Below are positions 1 to 10,096 of a DNA stretch of 64,000 nt, one piece after another. A program made the translations under genes and the position numbers. How positions within the stretch are numbered: position 1 is the stretch's first letter; each line of letters starts with the position of its first letter. The notes beneath the pieces are model-generated. The model was not told where the DNA came from, made no database searches, and was given only the letters and a program-made list of their open reading frames with translations. The DNA comes from a virus. The stretch is from IMG/VR virus record IMGVR_UViG_3300046002_008519, positions 3,254 to 67,253 of that record. The stretch is one strand, 5' to 3'.

Positions 1-1689
1 AGTCAACTGTAATGGCACATACGGAGCGTAGATGTATCCAGTATCCAATAATGATTTCCCTTTGTGACCAATGATGATTGAGTAAGCTGGTGCATATGGG
101 TCACGATATACTTGATATCTACCACCTAATGAACCTACTCTTTCAATACCCATGTTGTATTGGTCTTGTTCTGGATTAGCGTCTGACACGTGGAAGTATT
201 CTAAGTCGTCGAAGATTGCAGAAATTTCTGAAGATACAACGATGAAGTTAGCACCACCTCTAAGTGTAGATTTATGGATTTGAGCTGAAATTTGGTTTAA
301 TTTAGTAATTAAAGTTTGATTCCATTCTTTTTGAGTATATGGTTGAGCAGCGTTTGAAGTTTTTCTCCATCCGTTGTAATCCCAACGCAATTGCCATGCA
401 GCAGCTTTACGGATATCTCTAAGGATTTCACGGTCAATTTCAGCAGCAACTTGTTCTGATAACATTGCAGTTAATTCAGCTTCAGCATCGATGTTGTGGA
501 ATGCACTAACGTCTTGCGCTAATTCTGGAGACCAAGTAGCTCTTAATTTTCTTTCTTCTACAGAAACAACAACCTCATCAAGTCTGAATGATACTTCACC
601 CATTTCTGTTTCAAACTCTAAAGTAGCGTAAGAAGCATAAGCAGCAGTGAAAGCTGAGAATGAAGAGTAAGTTGTAGCAGAAGTACCAATGTAACCATCG
701 TAAGTTGCAGAACCAGTAGCAGCAGCACCAGCAGCAGCAGTTGTACCAGCTGGGTGAGTCAAGTCTAATTCTACCCAACATACACCGTTACCATCAGTAA
801 CAACGTTAGGTCCAGATACGATACCAACACCATATCTTTGAGTTACTAATCTAAAAGGAACTTCTTGACCAATAGCTATAACAGCGTTACCATTAGCATC
901 CAACAATGTAGCAGGAGCAACAACTTTTAATGAAGCTAAGAATGATTCAGTATCCATAGGGTTACCATTAGGACCTGTTAATACTTCTCTACCGTTAGTA
1001 CCAGCACCAGCTGAAAAACCAGAAAGAGCTAAAATTACATTTCTAACAGAACCGTCAGCAGCTGTAGGTAATACAGTTGAAGCGCCAGTTACAATTGAGA
1101 ATGTACCACCAGTTAATAATGTGTAAACAGCAGTGTTTAATGCGTTAATAGTCATCGTACCTTTTGAGTTATCGAATAAACCATCATTGTAGAATAAATC
1201 ATACAAGCTTTTACCCAGAAATGGAGTAACAGCACAACCAGCAACAGCTTGAACACATGATGGTAAACCATTTGAACCAAATGAAGTATGAGCTGAGAAA
1301 GTTACACCATCTCCGTCGTAATAATTACCAGCAACACCAGCACCGTTAACACGCTCAGATGTAAGAGGTACGAAGAAGAACAATTTACCGATTGGCATGT
1401 TCATAGCTTGTACAGATACGATATCGTTAGCTAATAATTTAGAGAAAACTCTACGTACAATTGGGAATACAACAGTTTCGAAAGAACCTGATGATGCAGC
1501 TGTAGTAGATTCAGTTAATAATGAAGACGCTTGGTTTTCATATAATTGAGCAATATTTTCTTTTACGTGACCTTTAAGACCTTCTAAGAAGCCTAAAGAG
1601 TCCCATTTTTGTTGTGTTTCCAAACGGATAGCCTTCATGTGGTTTAATCCGATGTTTCCAACTTGTCCTGAAGTCAATAAATGTGACAT
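1..1689 (-). CDS. gp23: Major capsid protein (T4 gp23-like), 3' end outside window
   Basis: Not in ORF track; manual translation from ATG at 1689: MSHLLTSGQVGNIG...FPIVRRVFSKLLANDIVSVQAMNMPIGKLFF...RKLRATWSPELAQDVSAFHNIDAEAEL...GYIYAPYVPLQLT, hallmark gp23 motifs. Confidence 0.97.
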   Translation of the reverse strand, partial: MSHLLTSGQVGNIGLNHMKAIRLETQQKWDSLGFLEGLKGHVKENIAQLYENQASSLLTESTTAASSGSFETVVFPIVRRVFSKLLANDIVSVQAMNMPIGKLFFFVPLTSERVNGAGVAGNYYDGDGVTFSAHTSFGSNGLPSCVQAVAGCAVTPFLGKSLYDLFYNDGLFDNSKGTMTINALNTAVYTLLTGGTFSIVTGASTVLPTAADGSVRNVILALSGFSAGAGTNGREVLTGPNGNPMDTESFLASLKVVAPATLLDANGNAVIAIGQEVPFRLVTQRYGVGIVSGPNVVTDGNGVCWVELDLTHPAGTTAAAGAAATGSATYDGYIGTSATTYSSFSAFTAAYASYATLEFETEMGEVSFRLDEVVVSVEERKLRATWSPELAQDVSAFHNIDAEAELTAMLSEQVAAEIDREILRDIRKAAAWQLRWDYNGWRKTSNAAQPYTQKEWNQTLITKLNQISAQIHKSTLRGGANFIVVSSEISAIFDDLEYFHVSDANPEQDQYNMGIERVGSLGGRYQVYRDPYAPAYSIIIGHKGKSLLDTGYIYAPYVPLQLT

Positions 1690-1727
1690 AATTTTTTAAG
1701 TTTTATTTTTTTGTTTTATTATTATGA

Positions 1728-2975
1728 TTATCTTTTTTCAACTCTGTTAATCAAATCCATGATTCTTTTTGTTGAAGGGTCTACATAAGCAGTGTTTTCT
1801 ACGATTTGTCTCGACACACCACTAGTAGCTTCTTTAATAATTTTATTTTCTACTGATTCTGAAATTGGTTTTCTAGATTCCAATTCATTAGCAATATTTC
1901 TGTAAAGTTTTTTTGATTCTTTAAGGTTGGATACTTCATCAAATCTTTTAAGGATTGAATCTTTTTCACCTTTTGTAGTTGAATGTTCCATAAACAATTT
2001 AGTTACGTAAGTTAAATTGCTATTGAAAACTACTGTTTCAACTAATTTTGTTCTAAATTCTTTAAGAGCGGTTCTAAATTCATTATTCTCACTCTTAAGT
2101 TTAGTCGCTTCAGTTAATAAAGCGTTATATCTTTTAGCTGTTTCAGAAACTAATTTTTTTGCGCGAACAGCTTCATGGATAAAAGCGTCGTTTTTAAGTT
2201 TTTCGTTGGTTTTTGAACCACCAACATATTTTACTTTTCCACCAACTTTAGCCACTTCTTCTAATTCTTCATCTTCAGATTCTTCATCTTCAGATTCTTC
2301 ATCATCTTCCATGTCTTCTTCGTCGTTCATACCTTCCTCGTCGTCCATGTCTTCCATGTCTTCCTCGTCTTCCATGCCTTCTTCGTCATCCATTTCGATT
2401 TCGTAGTCGTAATCCCCTTCTTCACCTTCTTCATCGGTATCTTCCATGTCCATGTCTTCTTCATCTTCACCACCTAACATATCGTCAGCTGGTTCTAATT
2501 CTAATTCATCTTCCATGTCTTCACCACCCATGTCTTCAGCTCCGTTAAGTTTAACAACGTACTCACCTGGTTCTGTAATGTTTAAGCGTAATTCATCACC
2601 AACAATTTCGATTTCGTCATTACCACTCATCTTTTTATAGATAGCGATAACTTCATCGTCTGATGCGTCAGTCATATCAAGTTCTTCTGATGATTCAATA
2701 TCATCCATTCCTTCTTCGTCTTCAAAACTTTCTTCGTCTTGAAAACCTCCAACTTCAATATTACTTTCTTCGTCGTTTGGTTCACCCATATTGTCCATAG
2801 GTTCTTCCATGTCTTCTTCGTCGTAAATCTCTTCTTCTAGAGATTCTTTCACAACACCGTTAATTTCTTCTTTCGCAACCGAACGAAGTATTTCTTTGGT
2901 ATTAGCATTAAGAGCATTCTGAATATGATTTATATCCAAAAGTGCTTCTTCAAGTATAGATTTTTTATCTGCCAT
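1728..2975 (-). CDS. Prohead core scaffolding protein (gp22-like)
   Basis: Very acidic, coiled-coil C-terminus, lies between protease and capsid genes, many (I/L)xE sites. Confidence 0.8.
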   Translation of the reverse strand: MADKKSILEEALLDINHIQNALNANTKEILRSVAKEEINGVVKESLEEEIYDEEDMEEPMDNMGEPNDEESNIEVGGFQDEESFEDEEGMDDIESSEELDMTDASDDEVIAIYKKMSGNDEIEIVGDELRLNITEPGEYVVKLNGAEDMGGEDMEDELELEPADDMLGGEDEEDMDMEDTDEEGEEGDYDYEIEMDDEEGMEDEEDMEDMDDEEGMNDEEDMEDDEESEDEESEDEELEEVAKVGGKVKYVGGSKTNEKLKNDAFIHEAVRAKKLVSETAKRYNALLTEATKLKSENNEFRTALKEFRTKLVETVVFNSNLTYVTKLFMEHSTTKGEKDSILKRFDEVSNLKESKKLYRNIANELESRKPISESVENKIIKEATSGVSRQIVENTAYVDPSTKRIMDLINRVEKR

Positions 2976-3095
2976 TTCTTTTTAATTAAGATATTTTTTA
3001 TTAGATAAATAACGTGAGTGTTATCTCATTTGTTAATAAATATGCGTCTTTTTAGCAAAAATCAGTTTTTGGCTAAAAAAAATATTATTTTTATA

Positions 3096-3821
3096 TTAGT
3101 CAGATAAAAATTTATCTAAGCTGTCTTTTAAATTTTCGTTTATAAGTGGTTTTTTAATTTCAGTGTTTTCAACATAAGGTCTCATTTCTTCAGAACTACG
3201 ACCAATCCACGCATCTGGTGTTGATGGTGCGGTCACAACATCCCAGCAAATAATCTCAAAATCGTCTTGAACAACTTGTTCTCCGTTTTTACCTTCTTTC
3301 AATGAACCAACACCTCTAGAAGAAACTCCAATTTTAATTCTGTTTCTTAATAAGTTTGCAACTTCATCACCCTTGGTTGATACGATACCTAAATTAATAA
3401 AACCAGGTGTCATTAAAATTTCCATTTTACCCATAAGTGTTTGACCTTCCCACCATGTTTCAACAATGTTATGTGAAATTCTATCACCAGCAATAATTGA
3501 AGACTCTGGGTGGTCTAACTCACCAACAGCTCTACGTTCTCTAATGGCTTCTTGATATAATTTGTCTTGTGATTTAAGTATTGATTCTGGGTATACTCTA
3601 CCGTTACGATTAAGAATACCGTATTTCTGTAGAACCACATATACGATTAACGGCTCAACAATAGCTAGTTTGCCACCACCATCCATTTTTTTTATCTCAT
3701 TGATAAAAAGTTGGTTTCTAGGTTCTTCTGGGTTAATATATCCAGCGTCGTGTTCAATAAGACCACCCCAACCAGTTTCACCTCTTTTAAGTATTTTAAA
3801 ATCTTTATAATTTATATCCAT
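3096..3821 (-). CDS. gp21: Prohead core protease (T4 gp21-like)
   Basis: NRNGRVYP, GELDHP, SHNI, GVSSRGVGS, WDVVTAPSTPDA motifs. Confidence 0.96.
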   Translation of the reverse strand: MDINYKDFKILKRGETGWGGLIEHDAGYINPEEPRNQLFINEIKKMDGGGKLAIVEPLIVYVVLQKYGILNRNGRVYPESILKSQDKLYQEAIRERRAVGELDHPESSIIAGDRISHNIVETWWEGQTLMGKMEILMTPGFINLGIVSTKGDEVANLLRNRIKIGVSSRGVGSLKEGKNGEQVVQDDFEIICWDVVTAPSTPDAWIGRSSEEMRPYVENTEIKKPLINENLKDSLDKFLSD

Positions 3822-3860
3822 AGTGTTAAACTCTTATAGATATAAATATGTTCAATAAAC

Positions 3861-3887
3861 AAAAAAACCCAGCTTTTAGGCTGGGTC
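3861..3887 (-). terminator. Intrinsic terminator
   Basis: ACCCAGC/GCTGGGT inverted repeat with U-tract on minus strand. Confidence 0.7.
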
Positions 3888-3892
3888 TTGGT

Positions 3893-4339
3893 TTATTGTT
3901 TCTTTTTATTAAAAGTAAAATCTAAATCTTTATCAAATATTTCTTGTATCACCATTGTCGATACAAGATTTAAAGCTTTTTTTGTGGGTTCTGCGTTTAT
4001 AGATATTTCTTCATTTTGAAACAACGTTATCTCACAACACATAAAACTTCTTTTTCCAAACTTAATACCTGACTCTCTTAAATCTAAATCTACTATCGTT
4101 TTATCTTTTAAAAATGGTACCTCAGTATTATTTTTTGATAAAAAATTATAAACAGTTTGTCTTATTTTTTTATTTATATTCTTTATAACCTTATTATAAT
4201 CACCTTCATAATCTGATAAAGGTTCAACCCAAGCTGATATGTTTATATAAATAGATTTTGGGTTTTTATTATCAACACAACCATAAATTATACTATAGTT
4301 TTTATTGTCATTAACTTTTATTTGTTTTCCTGATTTCAT
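3893..4339 (-). CDS. Hypothetical protein (head module)
   Basis: 148-aa ORF co-oriented in head gene cluster. Confidence 0.75.
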   Translation of the reverse strand: MKSGKQIKVNDNKNYSIIYGCVDNKNPKSIYINISAWVEPLSDYEGDYNKVIKNINKKIRQTVYNFLSKNNTEVPFLKDKTIVDLDLRESGIKFGKRSFMCCEITLFQNEEISINAEPTKKALNLVSTMVIQEIFDKDLDFTFNKKKQ

Positions 4340-4390
4340 ATCTGATATTTTTATTAAATATAATAAATTACCAGGTAAAAGTCAATACCC

Positions 4391-4732
4391 TTAATGTGTT
4401 AGTTTACCCCAAATAGAAATTGCAATCCCGATAATTATTTGTATAAAAGACATAACGGCTATGGCAGCGACCCAACGATTTTTTTGTTTATATAATTCAT
4501 CTTTAGCTTCTTTCATTTGAACTGGTGACCAAACATCGTTAACTTTTTGAATCCAATCGCTATTTTGATTAACTGATTTTTCTATGCCCTTAACATCATT
4601 TAACTTAAGATTCATTTCATTAAGCCTTAAATCAAAATCTGAACGCATTTTTTCATGGTTTTCGTTTAAACGTTCCAATTCTTTTAACACTAACTTACTA
4701 TAATCAGCCCAACTATCTTTATTTTCTGCCAT
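4391..4732 (-). CDS. Coiled-coil protein with C-terminal transmembrane helix
   Basis: WVAAIAVMSFIQIIIGIAISIWG hydrophobic C-terminus. Confidence 0.7.
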   Translation of the reverse strand: MAENKDSWADYSKLVLKELERLNENHEKMRSDFDLRLNEMNLKLNDVKGIEKSVNQNSDWIQKVNDVWSPVQMKEAKDELYKQKNRWVAAIAVMSFIQIIIGIAISIWGKLTH

Positions 4733-4738
4733 TTTTTT

Positions 4739-4987
4739 TTAATTTTCGTTTAATATATTTTTAATTTCTGAAAACATTTTTTCGTAATACTTTAATTTTG
4801 TTCTTTCAGTCTTTGAAGATAAAATATCTTCAGTTCCCAATTCAATTGCGTTTTTCAATTTCTCAATAAGATAATCGTCTGCTTTTATCTTACAAATTTT
4901 TTCTGTTAGTTTTCTTAATTGTAATATATTCTCACTAGGTAATATTTGAAAATTGTCATCACTAGGTGATAATTGAAACTCGCTCAT
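4739..4987 (-). CDS. Hypothetical protein
   Basis: 82-aa ORF, tight operon spacing. Confidence 0.65.
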   Translation of the reverse strand: MSEFQLSPSDDNFQILPSENILQLRKLTEKICKIKADDYLIEKLKNAIELGTEDILSSKTERTKLKYYEKMFSEIKNILNEN

Positions 4988-4999
4988 TTTTTTTTGTTT

Positions 5000-5788
5000 T
5001 TAATCGTTGTTATTTAAAGTTACTTTTAGCTCAATTAATTTAGAAATGTTTTTAGCAAACTCCTCATTTATTTCAATTGTGTTCCTTAATAACTTATCTT
5101 TAACTTTAAGTAAACTATCTTTGGTTTCCAAATCTGATTCAACTAATCTAATATCAATTAAATCAATACACTCTCTATTGATTTTATTATAAACTTCTAT
5201 TTTTTCTTTGTCAGTAGACTCAATTAAAATTTTAAGTGCTTTTTTTTCGGTTTCTGTTAATTCAGAATATCTTTCATTATATTTTTCAACAAGAATAGAA
5301 CTTAACATACTATTTGGGATATCATAAGATTCATTAACAACTTTTTCTTTATTTGTTGTTATGTAATCTAAAACATTTTTTATGTTCTTAGCGATTTCAT
5401 TTACAGTTTTTGTGTTTTTATCTAAAAACACAAGGTTACTAATAGATGTGTGTAAATTACTAAGTTTTTCATCATAAGCTTCTTCTAATCTATTCTTAAC
5501 ATCTTTTGACAAAGAAACTAACTTTTCGTTTTCACTTAAAATGTTTTTTTTGTTAAATTTATTTAACAAAGCGATATTCTCACTTACAATTAAATTCGCA
5601 GAAAACTGGTCGTTTTCAATAACGTTTTCTATGTTTTCATAAACTAAAAATTGAGTTTTCAATATATTACTTTCCTTAAGCGCTTTAATGTATTTTTTGA
5701 ACAATTTCTTTTTAGCCACATCGTTTGAAGCTATTCCTTCTGCCAAAATTTCACTAAACGCATTTTTTATTTTTCCAAAATTTTGCAT
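5000..5788 (-). CDS. Putative prohead core protein
   Basis: Helical 262-aa ORF directly downstream of portal, multiple (I/L/V)xE sites. Confidence 0.6.
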   Translation of the reverse strand: MQNFGKIKNAFSEILAEGIASNDVAKKKLFKKYIKALKESNILKTQFLVYENIENVIENDQFSANLIVSENIALLNKFNKKNILSENEKLVSLSKDVKNRLEEAYDEKLSNLHTSISNLVFLDKNTKTVNEIAKNIKNVLDYITTNKEKVVNESYDIPNSMLSSILVEKYNERYSELTETEKKALKILIESTDKEKIEVYNKINRECIDLIDIRLVESDLETKDSLLKVKDKLLRNTIEINEEFAKNISKLIELKVTLNNND

Positions 5789-5831
5789 AACTAATTTTTA
5801 TTAATAAATATTGAAGTTTTAAGCAAAAAGC

Positions 5832-7934
5832 TTATTCGTCCAACATTTTATTTATGTCATTTATCATATTATTAACGTCTTCGTTAATCTTAACGTTTTT
5901 GTCGTATATTTTCACGCTAAGATTATCACCCTTACCCTCTTTGTTGACCGATTCAACCAACACATCAACAAAACGCCTTTGATATTTTTGAGTTCTATCA
6001 GATAATTTTTTATTCAAATGTTCTTTTCTTTCTGTTAATATTTTTTGAGTCTTCGCAATTGATTCTGCCAAGGCATCAGGTGTTGCACCAGCTTCAGGCG
6101 TTACACCAGCATCAGGTGTTGCACCAGCTTCAGGGGTCGCTCCAGCATCAGGAGCTGCACCAGCTTCAGCCCCAGCGTCAGCACCGAAAGCACCAGCATC
6201 AGCCCCAGCCTCACCTCCAGCTTCAGCACCAGCTTCAGCACCAAAGTCTAAATCTTCACCACCTAAACCGCCTCCACCGAAGCCTCCACCGCCTCCACCG
6301 AAGCCTCCACCGCCTCCACCAGCTTCTCCACCAGCTTCTTCACCACCTTGAGCTCCTTTAAGGGCAGCTTGATAATCACCATATATTTTATCAACGGCAT
6401 CAAACATACCAGTATGTTTAATTACGGCCGAAGTATTTTGTAATTCAGCTGCTGCTGCTTTTTCCATACGTTGTTCTAACAAGTCTTGTTTAATTTCATC
6501 GTCAGACCAACCCAAGATATCCCTATGCGCTCTAGTCCAAGACATAACACTAAAACCAGAACCAATATCAGAAGTTGAATCTTTAACAAGGGCAACTTTT
6601 GTTTGCATGTGTTCAATCTTAAGCATTTCAGCTTGAGTTGATGGGTTATTAAGGGTAAGTGTAAAATTATCTAAATCGTCTTCAAATCCAAGAAGAAATA
6701 AATGAACAATCGCTATTTTATTTAATTCTTGTAACATTGATTGTTGAATACGGTTAATAGTTCTAGAAAAACGTATATCTTGCATCGCAAGGTTTTTACC
6801 ATCACCAGCAGCTTCATCAAAACCTAAAAATGGTTTAGGTACACGCAAAGCTGTAAACAAGTTTCTTTGCAAATATTCAATATCGGCAATTTGGTCTAAG
6901 TTTGACGCACCTGGCAAAGTATCAATTGGGTTTGGTGCGCTTTCATCTCTAACTGGTATAAAGAAATCTTGGTCGTTTGAAAGTTGGTTGTATCTCAAAT
7001 CAATTTGACCTGTTTGTGGGTCAATAATTGGCATACGCTTAAATCTATCAGCAATTGCGTTAACATATTGTTCAACATCTGCATCATCAATATTACCAAC
7101 ATATATTTTATATACACGTCTTTCTGGTGCTCTAGTCACACGATAAACAAGCATTGAATCCTCAGATAGGATAAGTTGTTTCCAGATACGTCTAGCTTTC
7201 TCTAATACACTGGTACCATAAGGTAAACGTCTATCATCACCCAACAAACGGAAATGTGCAATTTGCCATGAATTAAATTCAATATCACGACCTCTCCAAT
7301 AAAATTTAACTTTATCTTTGTTTTCAGATTGGTCATCAGCAATTTCTCTACCACTAACTAAATCGTATAAACCAGCTTCTCTACGTTCTATTTCGTAGTT
7401 TGGCATTTGTTTAGCTGAAACAATACCTTGATTCTCATTGATATTCAAATACACAAAATTGTCACCATATTTACATGTGTTTCTAGTCCACATTGGTAAT
7501 GTAGTGTGTAAATCCAAACGGTTAAAGAATAAATCCTCAAGGATACCCTTAACACGCTTACTGTCTGAGTATATATTAAGAACTCTACCTCTATCATTAA
7601 CAGTAGTAGATTCTTCCATCATAACATCCAATGCGGCTGCAATTGTTGGGTAAAATTCCATAGCTTCAAAATCAGCGTAAGACCCAACACGCGTTGTTTC
7701 ATAGTTAATTGATTGTTGAAATAAACCATTTTCGATTCTTTTCCAAGTACTTTGTAAATATTTGTTTTGCTGTGCTTGTAATTTAGCTGTTTCGTATTCT
7801 TCTTTGTTAGTTGTTTTTAATAACTCACCACCACCCAAATTAAAACGTTGTGTTGTTTGTTTTTGTGGTGGGTTATAATTTGGGTTAACAACTCTGTTTA
7901 ACCTTTGAAATATAGTTAAATTTTCTTTTGCCAT
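5832..7934 (-). CDS. gp20: Portal protein (T4 gp20-like) with Gly/Ala-rich tail
   Basis: LEKARRIWKQLILSEDSMLVYRVTRAPERRVYKIYVGN, DFFIPVR, IDTLPG, ALRVPK, DIRFSRTINRIQ motifs. Confidence 0.96.
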   Translation of the reverse strand: MAKENLTIFQRLNRVVNPNYNPPQKQTTQRFNLGGGELLKTTNKEEYETAKLQAQQNKYLQSTWKRIENGLFQQSINYETTRVGSYADFEAMEFYPTIAAALDVMMEESTTVNDRGRVLNIYSDSKRVKGILEDLFFNRLDLHTTLPMWTRNTCKYGDNFVYLNINENQGIVSAKQMPNYEIERREAGLYDLVSGREIADDQSENKDKVKFYWRGRDIEFNSWQIAHFRLLGDDRRLPYGTSVLEKARRIWKQLILSEDSMLVYRVTRAPERRVYKIYVGNIDDADVEQYVNAIADRFKRMPIIDPQTGQIDLRYNQLSNDQDFFIPVRDESAPNPIDTLPGASNLDQIADIEYLQRNLFTALRVPKPFLGFDEAAGDGKNLAMQDIRFSRTINRIQQSMLQELNKIAIVHLFLLGFEDDLDNFTLTLNNPSTQAEMLKIEHMQTKVALVKDSTSDIGSGFSVMSWTRAHRDILGWSDDEIKQDLLEQRMEKAAAAELQNTSAVIKHTGMFDAVDKIYGDYQAALKGAQGGEEAGGEAGGGGGGFGGGGGGFGGGGLGGEDLDFGAEAGAEAGGEAGADAGAFGADAGAEAGAAPDAGATPEAGATPDAGVTPEAGATPDALAESIAKTQKILTERKEHLNKKLSDRTQKYQRRFVDVLVESVNKEGKGDNLSVKIYDKNVKINEDVNNMINDINKMLDE

Positions 7935-7982
7935 AATTTGTTTTTTATTTTAATATATTAAAAAATCTTAAAAATTAAATAG

Positions 7983-8243
7983 TTACGAAACATAATCACA
8001 TGCTACGTATGCTAATCTGCTAGGTTCCCCACTAATTAAGATGTTATTATAAACGTAAGTATTAATAAAATCAATACCTTGCGAGCTAGGTGTTGCTGTG
8101 CAAAAATAAGGTGTGGTTTCTTTTATTTTATTTTTTCTACCACTATTTAATTGTTTGTCGTAATTAGTAGTACCTGGACACCATTTATAGACATCAAATC
8201 CTCCAGTTTTTCTAAAAAATACTTTTTTACATATATTAGCCAT
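7983..8243 (-). CDS. Hypothetical protein
   Basis: 86-aa ORF between terminase and portal. Confidence 0.65.
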   Translation of the reverse strand: MANICKKVFFRKTGGFDVYKWCPGTTNYDKQLNSGRKNKIKETTPYFCTATPSSQGIDFINTYVYNNILISGEPSRLAYVACDYVS

Positions 8244-8245
8244 TT

Positions 8246-10012
8246 TTATTTAGGTTTAGCGAATAACCACGAATACTGACCTTTAGGGTCTTGAACATTT
8301 TTATATGCAGTATGCGTAGTGTTTATTTTTTGTGAAACAACTCCAGTCTCTGGGTCTTTTTCTCTAACAGTTGGTGTGTTAGATGCATTAGCACCACTAA
8401 GCCAACTATTTAATATTGCTTTGTTTTGTTTTTCAAGTCTCTCAAGTTTTTTAAATGAATGTTCCATCACCCATAAACCCATCGCCAACGACATAAGTAA
8501 ATCATCATGGTAACCTTCCATATGGTCTGGTCTACCATTTTTGTATATAAACGTTTTCATTTCAGAAGTCATACGACTAGAACGAATTTTAATCGCGTTA
8601 GTTCTTATCTTATATTCCAAGTTTGATATCATAGGAACACGAACATTTGTAGCGTGAAATCCTGGAATTTTATCTTTTTTAGTGTAAGTATTTAATTCTC
8701 TTTGTCTAGCTGATAATATCTTACCACTAGCATCATCATAATGCAAACGTTTATAATTGAATTCAAGCAATTTAAGAACGGTTGAAACACCCATACCACC
8801 AGTTACATCGACAACAGTATAAGCTTCATACAAATCACCGTATTCTTCTACTATTTGAGCTAATAAATCTGGTTGAATCTTACCTTGATACTCCATAACT
8901 TGTTCCATGGTCGTAAAATCAACAATAACGATAGTAGAGCTATCCTCACCATCACCTCTAGAAACGTCGACTCCCATAATGTATTGATGATTTTCTTGAG
9001 GTTCTTCCCAAATCCAAATTTCATTTTCAAAACCCATGGTTATCTTAGGTTCGATTACATTATTCTTTTCGTGAAAATCAATATATTCTTCACTAATTAC
9101 ATTACCCCCAGAACCAATAAAAGATACGTCAAGCTCTTGAGCAATCATACGAGAATCGTTGTTCATACCCATACACATTTGTTCATACCACGTAGATGTT
9201 GGTTTCCAACCATCTTCTAATCTAGCTGTATAAGATTCAAACGTGAAGTAAATTTCTTTTTGAATGTCATCACCTTTAGTCCATCTTAAGTCTTTGTTAT
9301 AACGCAAATCCTCAAACCATTTCATCTCAATAATGTTAAAATTATTTTTTTTGGTTTTAGCTTGGTCGTAGGTTTTAAAATATAATGGGTCCATACCATT
9401 AGGTGTTGAAATAAGCGTAGCTCTACCCCCAGTACCTAAGGCTGTAAGAGCAGCACCAAATACTTCAGCTCCATTATCAATATAGGCAGCCTCATCCATA
9501 ATAAGGAATGTAGGTGTAAAACCACGCAATGCATCCTTAGATGTTGCCACCGCTTTTACACGACTACCATTTGGAAGTTTAATTTCTTTTTTAGAATCTG
9601 TGGTGAAAATTGTTCTACTTTCATTCTTAGGGTTACCGTAGTATTCGTGACCCCAAACCCATCTAGGTAATTGTGATAAAAAATCTTTAATCTTAGCCAA
9701 GAATTCAAAAGCTAATTCTTGTTTGTTGGCAATAATCAATACGTTTTCTGGGTTATCAGAATCGGCCCATGCCACTTTTATTCCCATATATGCTGCGGTA
9801 GTGGTTGACACACCTGCTTGTCTAGGTTTTGTTACTAAGTTAAACCTGTGTTTTTCATATGCGTTTATTATCTCCTTTTGTCTAGGAAATAACTTAAAGG
9901 GAACAAACCCTTCTTGCGTTTTGTCGAATGTTTCCAAATAAGTCTCAATCGCATAAACTGGATTCATAAGACATTTAGAATATTCTTTAAATATTTCTTG
10001 TGCTGTTAGCAT
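8246..10012 (-). CDS. terL: Terminase large subunit (T4 gp17-like)
   Basis: KPRQAGVST Walker A variant, LIMDEAA Walker B, ISTPNG, nuclease GVDVSRG...D and HDDLLMS. Confidence 0.97.
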   Translation of the reverse strand: MLTAQEIFKEYSKCLMNPVYAIETYLETFDKTQEGFVPFKLFPRQKEIINAYEKHRFNLVTKPRQAGVSTTTAAYMGIKVAWADSDNPENVLIIANKQELAFEFLAKIKDFLSQLPRWVWGHEYYGNPKNESRTIFTTDSKKEIKLPNGSRVKAVATSKDALRGFTPTFLIMDEAAYIDNGAEVFGAALTALGTGGRATLISTPNGMDPLYFKTYDQAKTKKNNFNIIEMKWFEDLRYNKDLRWTKGDDIQKEIYFTFESYTARLEDGWKPTSTWYEQMCMGMNNDSRMIAQELDVSFIGSGGNVISEEYIDFHEKNNVIEPKITMGFENEIWIWEEPQENHQYIMGVDVSRGDGEDSSTIVIVDFTTMEQVMEYQGKIQPDLLAQIVEEYGDLYEAYTVVDVTGGMGVSTVLKLLEFNYKRLHYDDASGKILSARQRELNTYTKKDKIPGFHATNVRVPMISNLEYKIRTNAIKIRSSRMTSEMKTFIYKNGRPDHMEGYHDDLLMSLAMGLWVMEHSFKKLERLEKQNKAILNSWLSGANASNTPTVREKDPETGVVSQKINTTHTAYKNVQDPKGQYSWLFAKPK

Positions 10013-10096
10013 ATTTACTTCTTTTATATAATAAATATGTTGAAATCAACTAAACTAAAGGTTTTAAAATAAATTAGGGGCTAAAAAACCCCTATA

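Noticed and set aside
2017-2640. Ser-rich plus-strand ORFs, and similar antisense ORFs throughout (6059, 15134, 15907, 25030, 44206 etc.)
   Set aside because: Shadows of acidic or repetitive genes on the opposite strand; no independent coding signal
4733-5002. In-frame TAA-(A-rich)-ATG junctions suggesting stop-codon readthrough
   Set aside because: A-rich spacers are the normal Bacteroidota translation-initiation context, and each downstream gene has its own ATG
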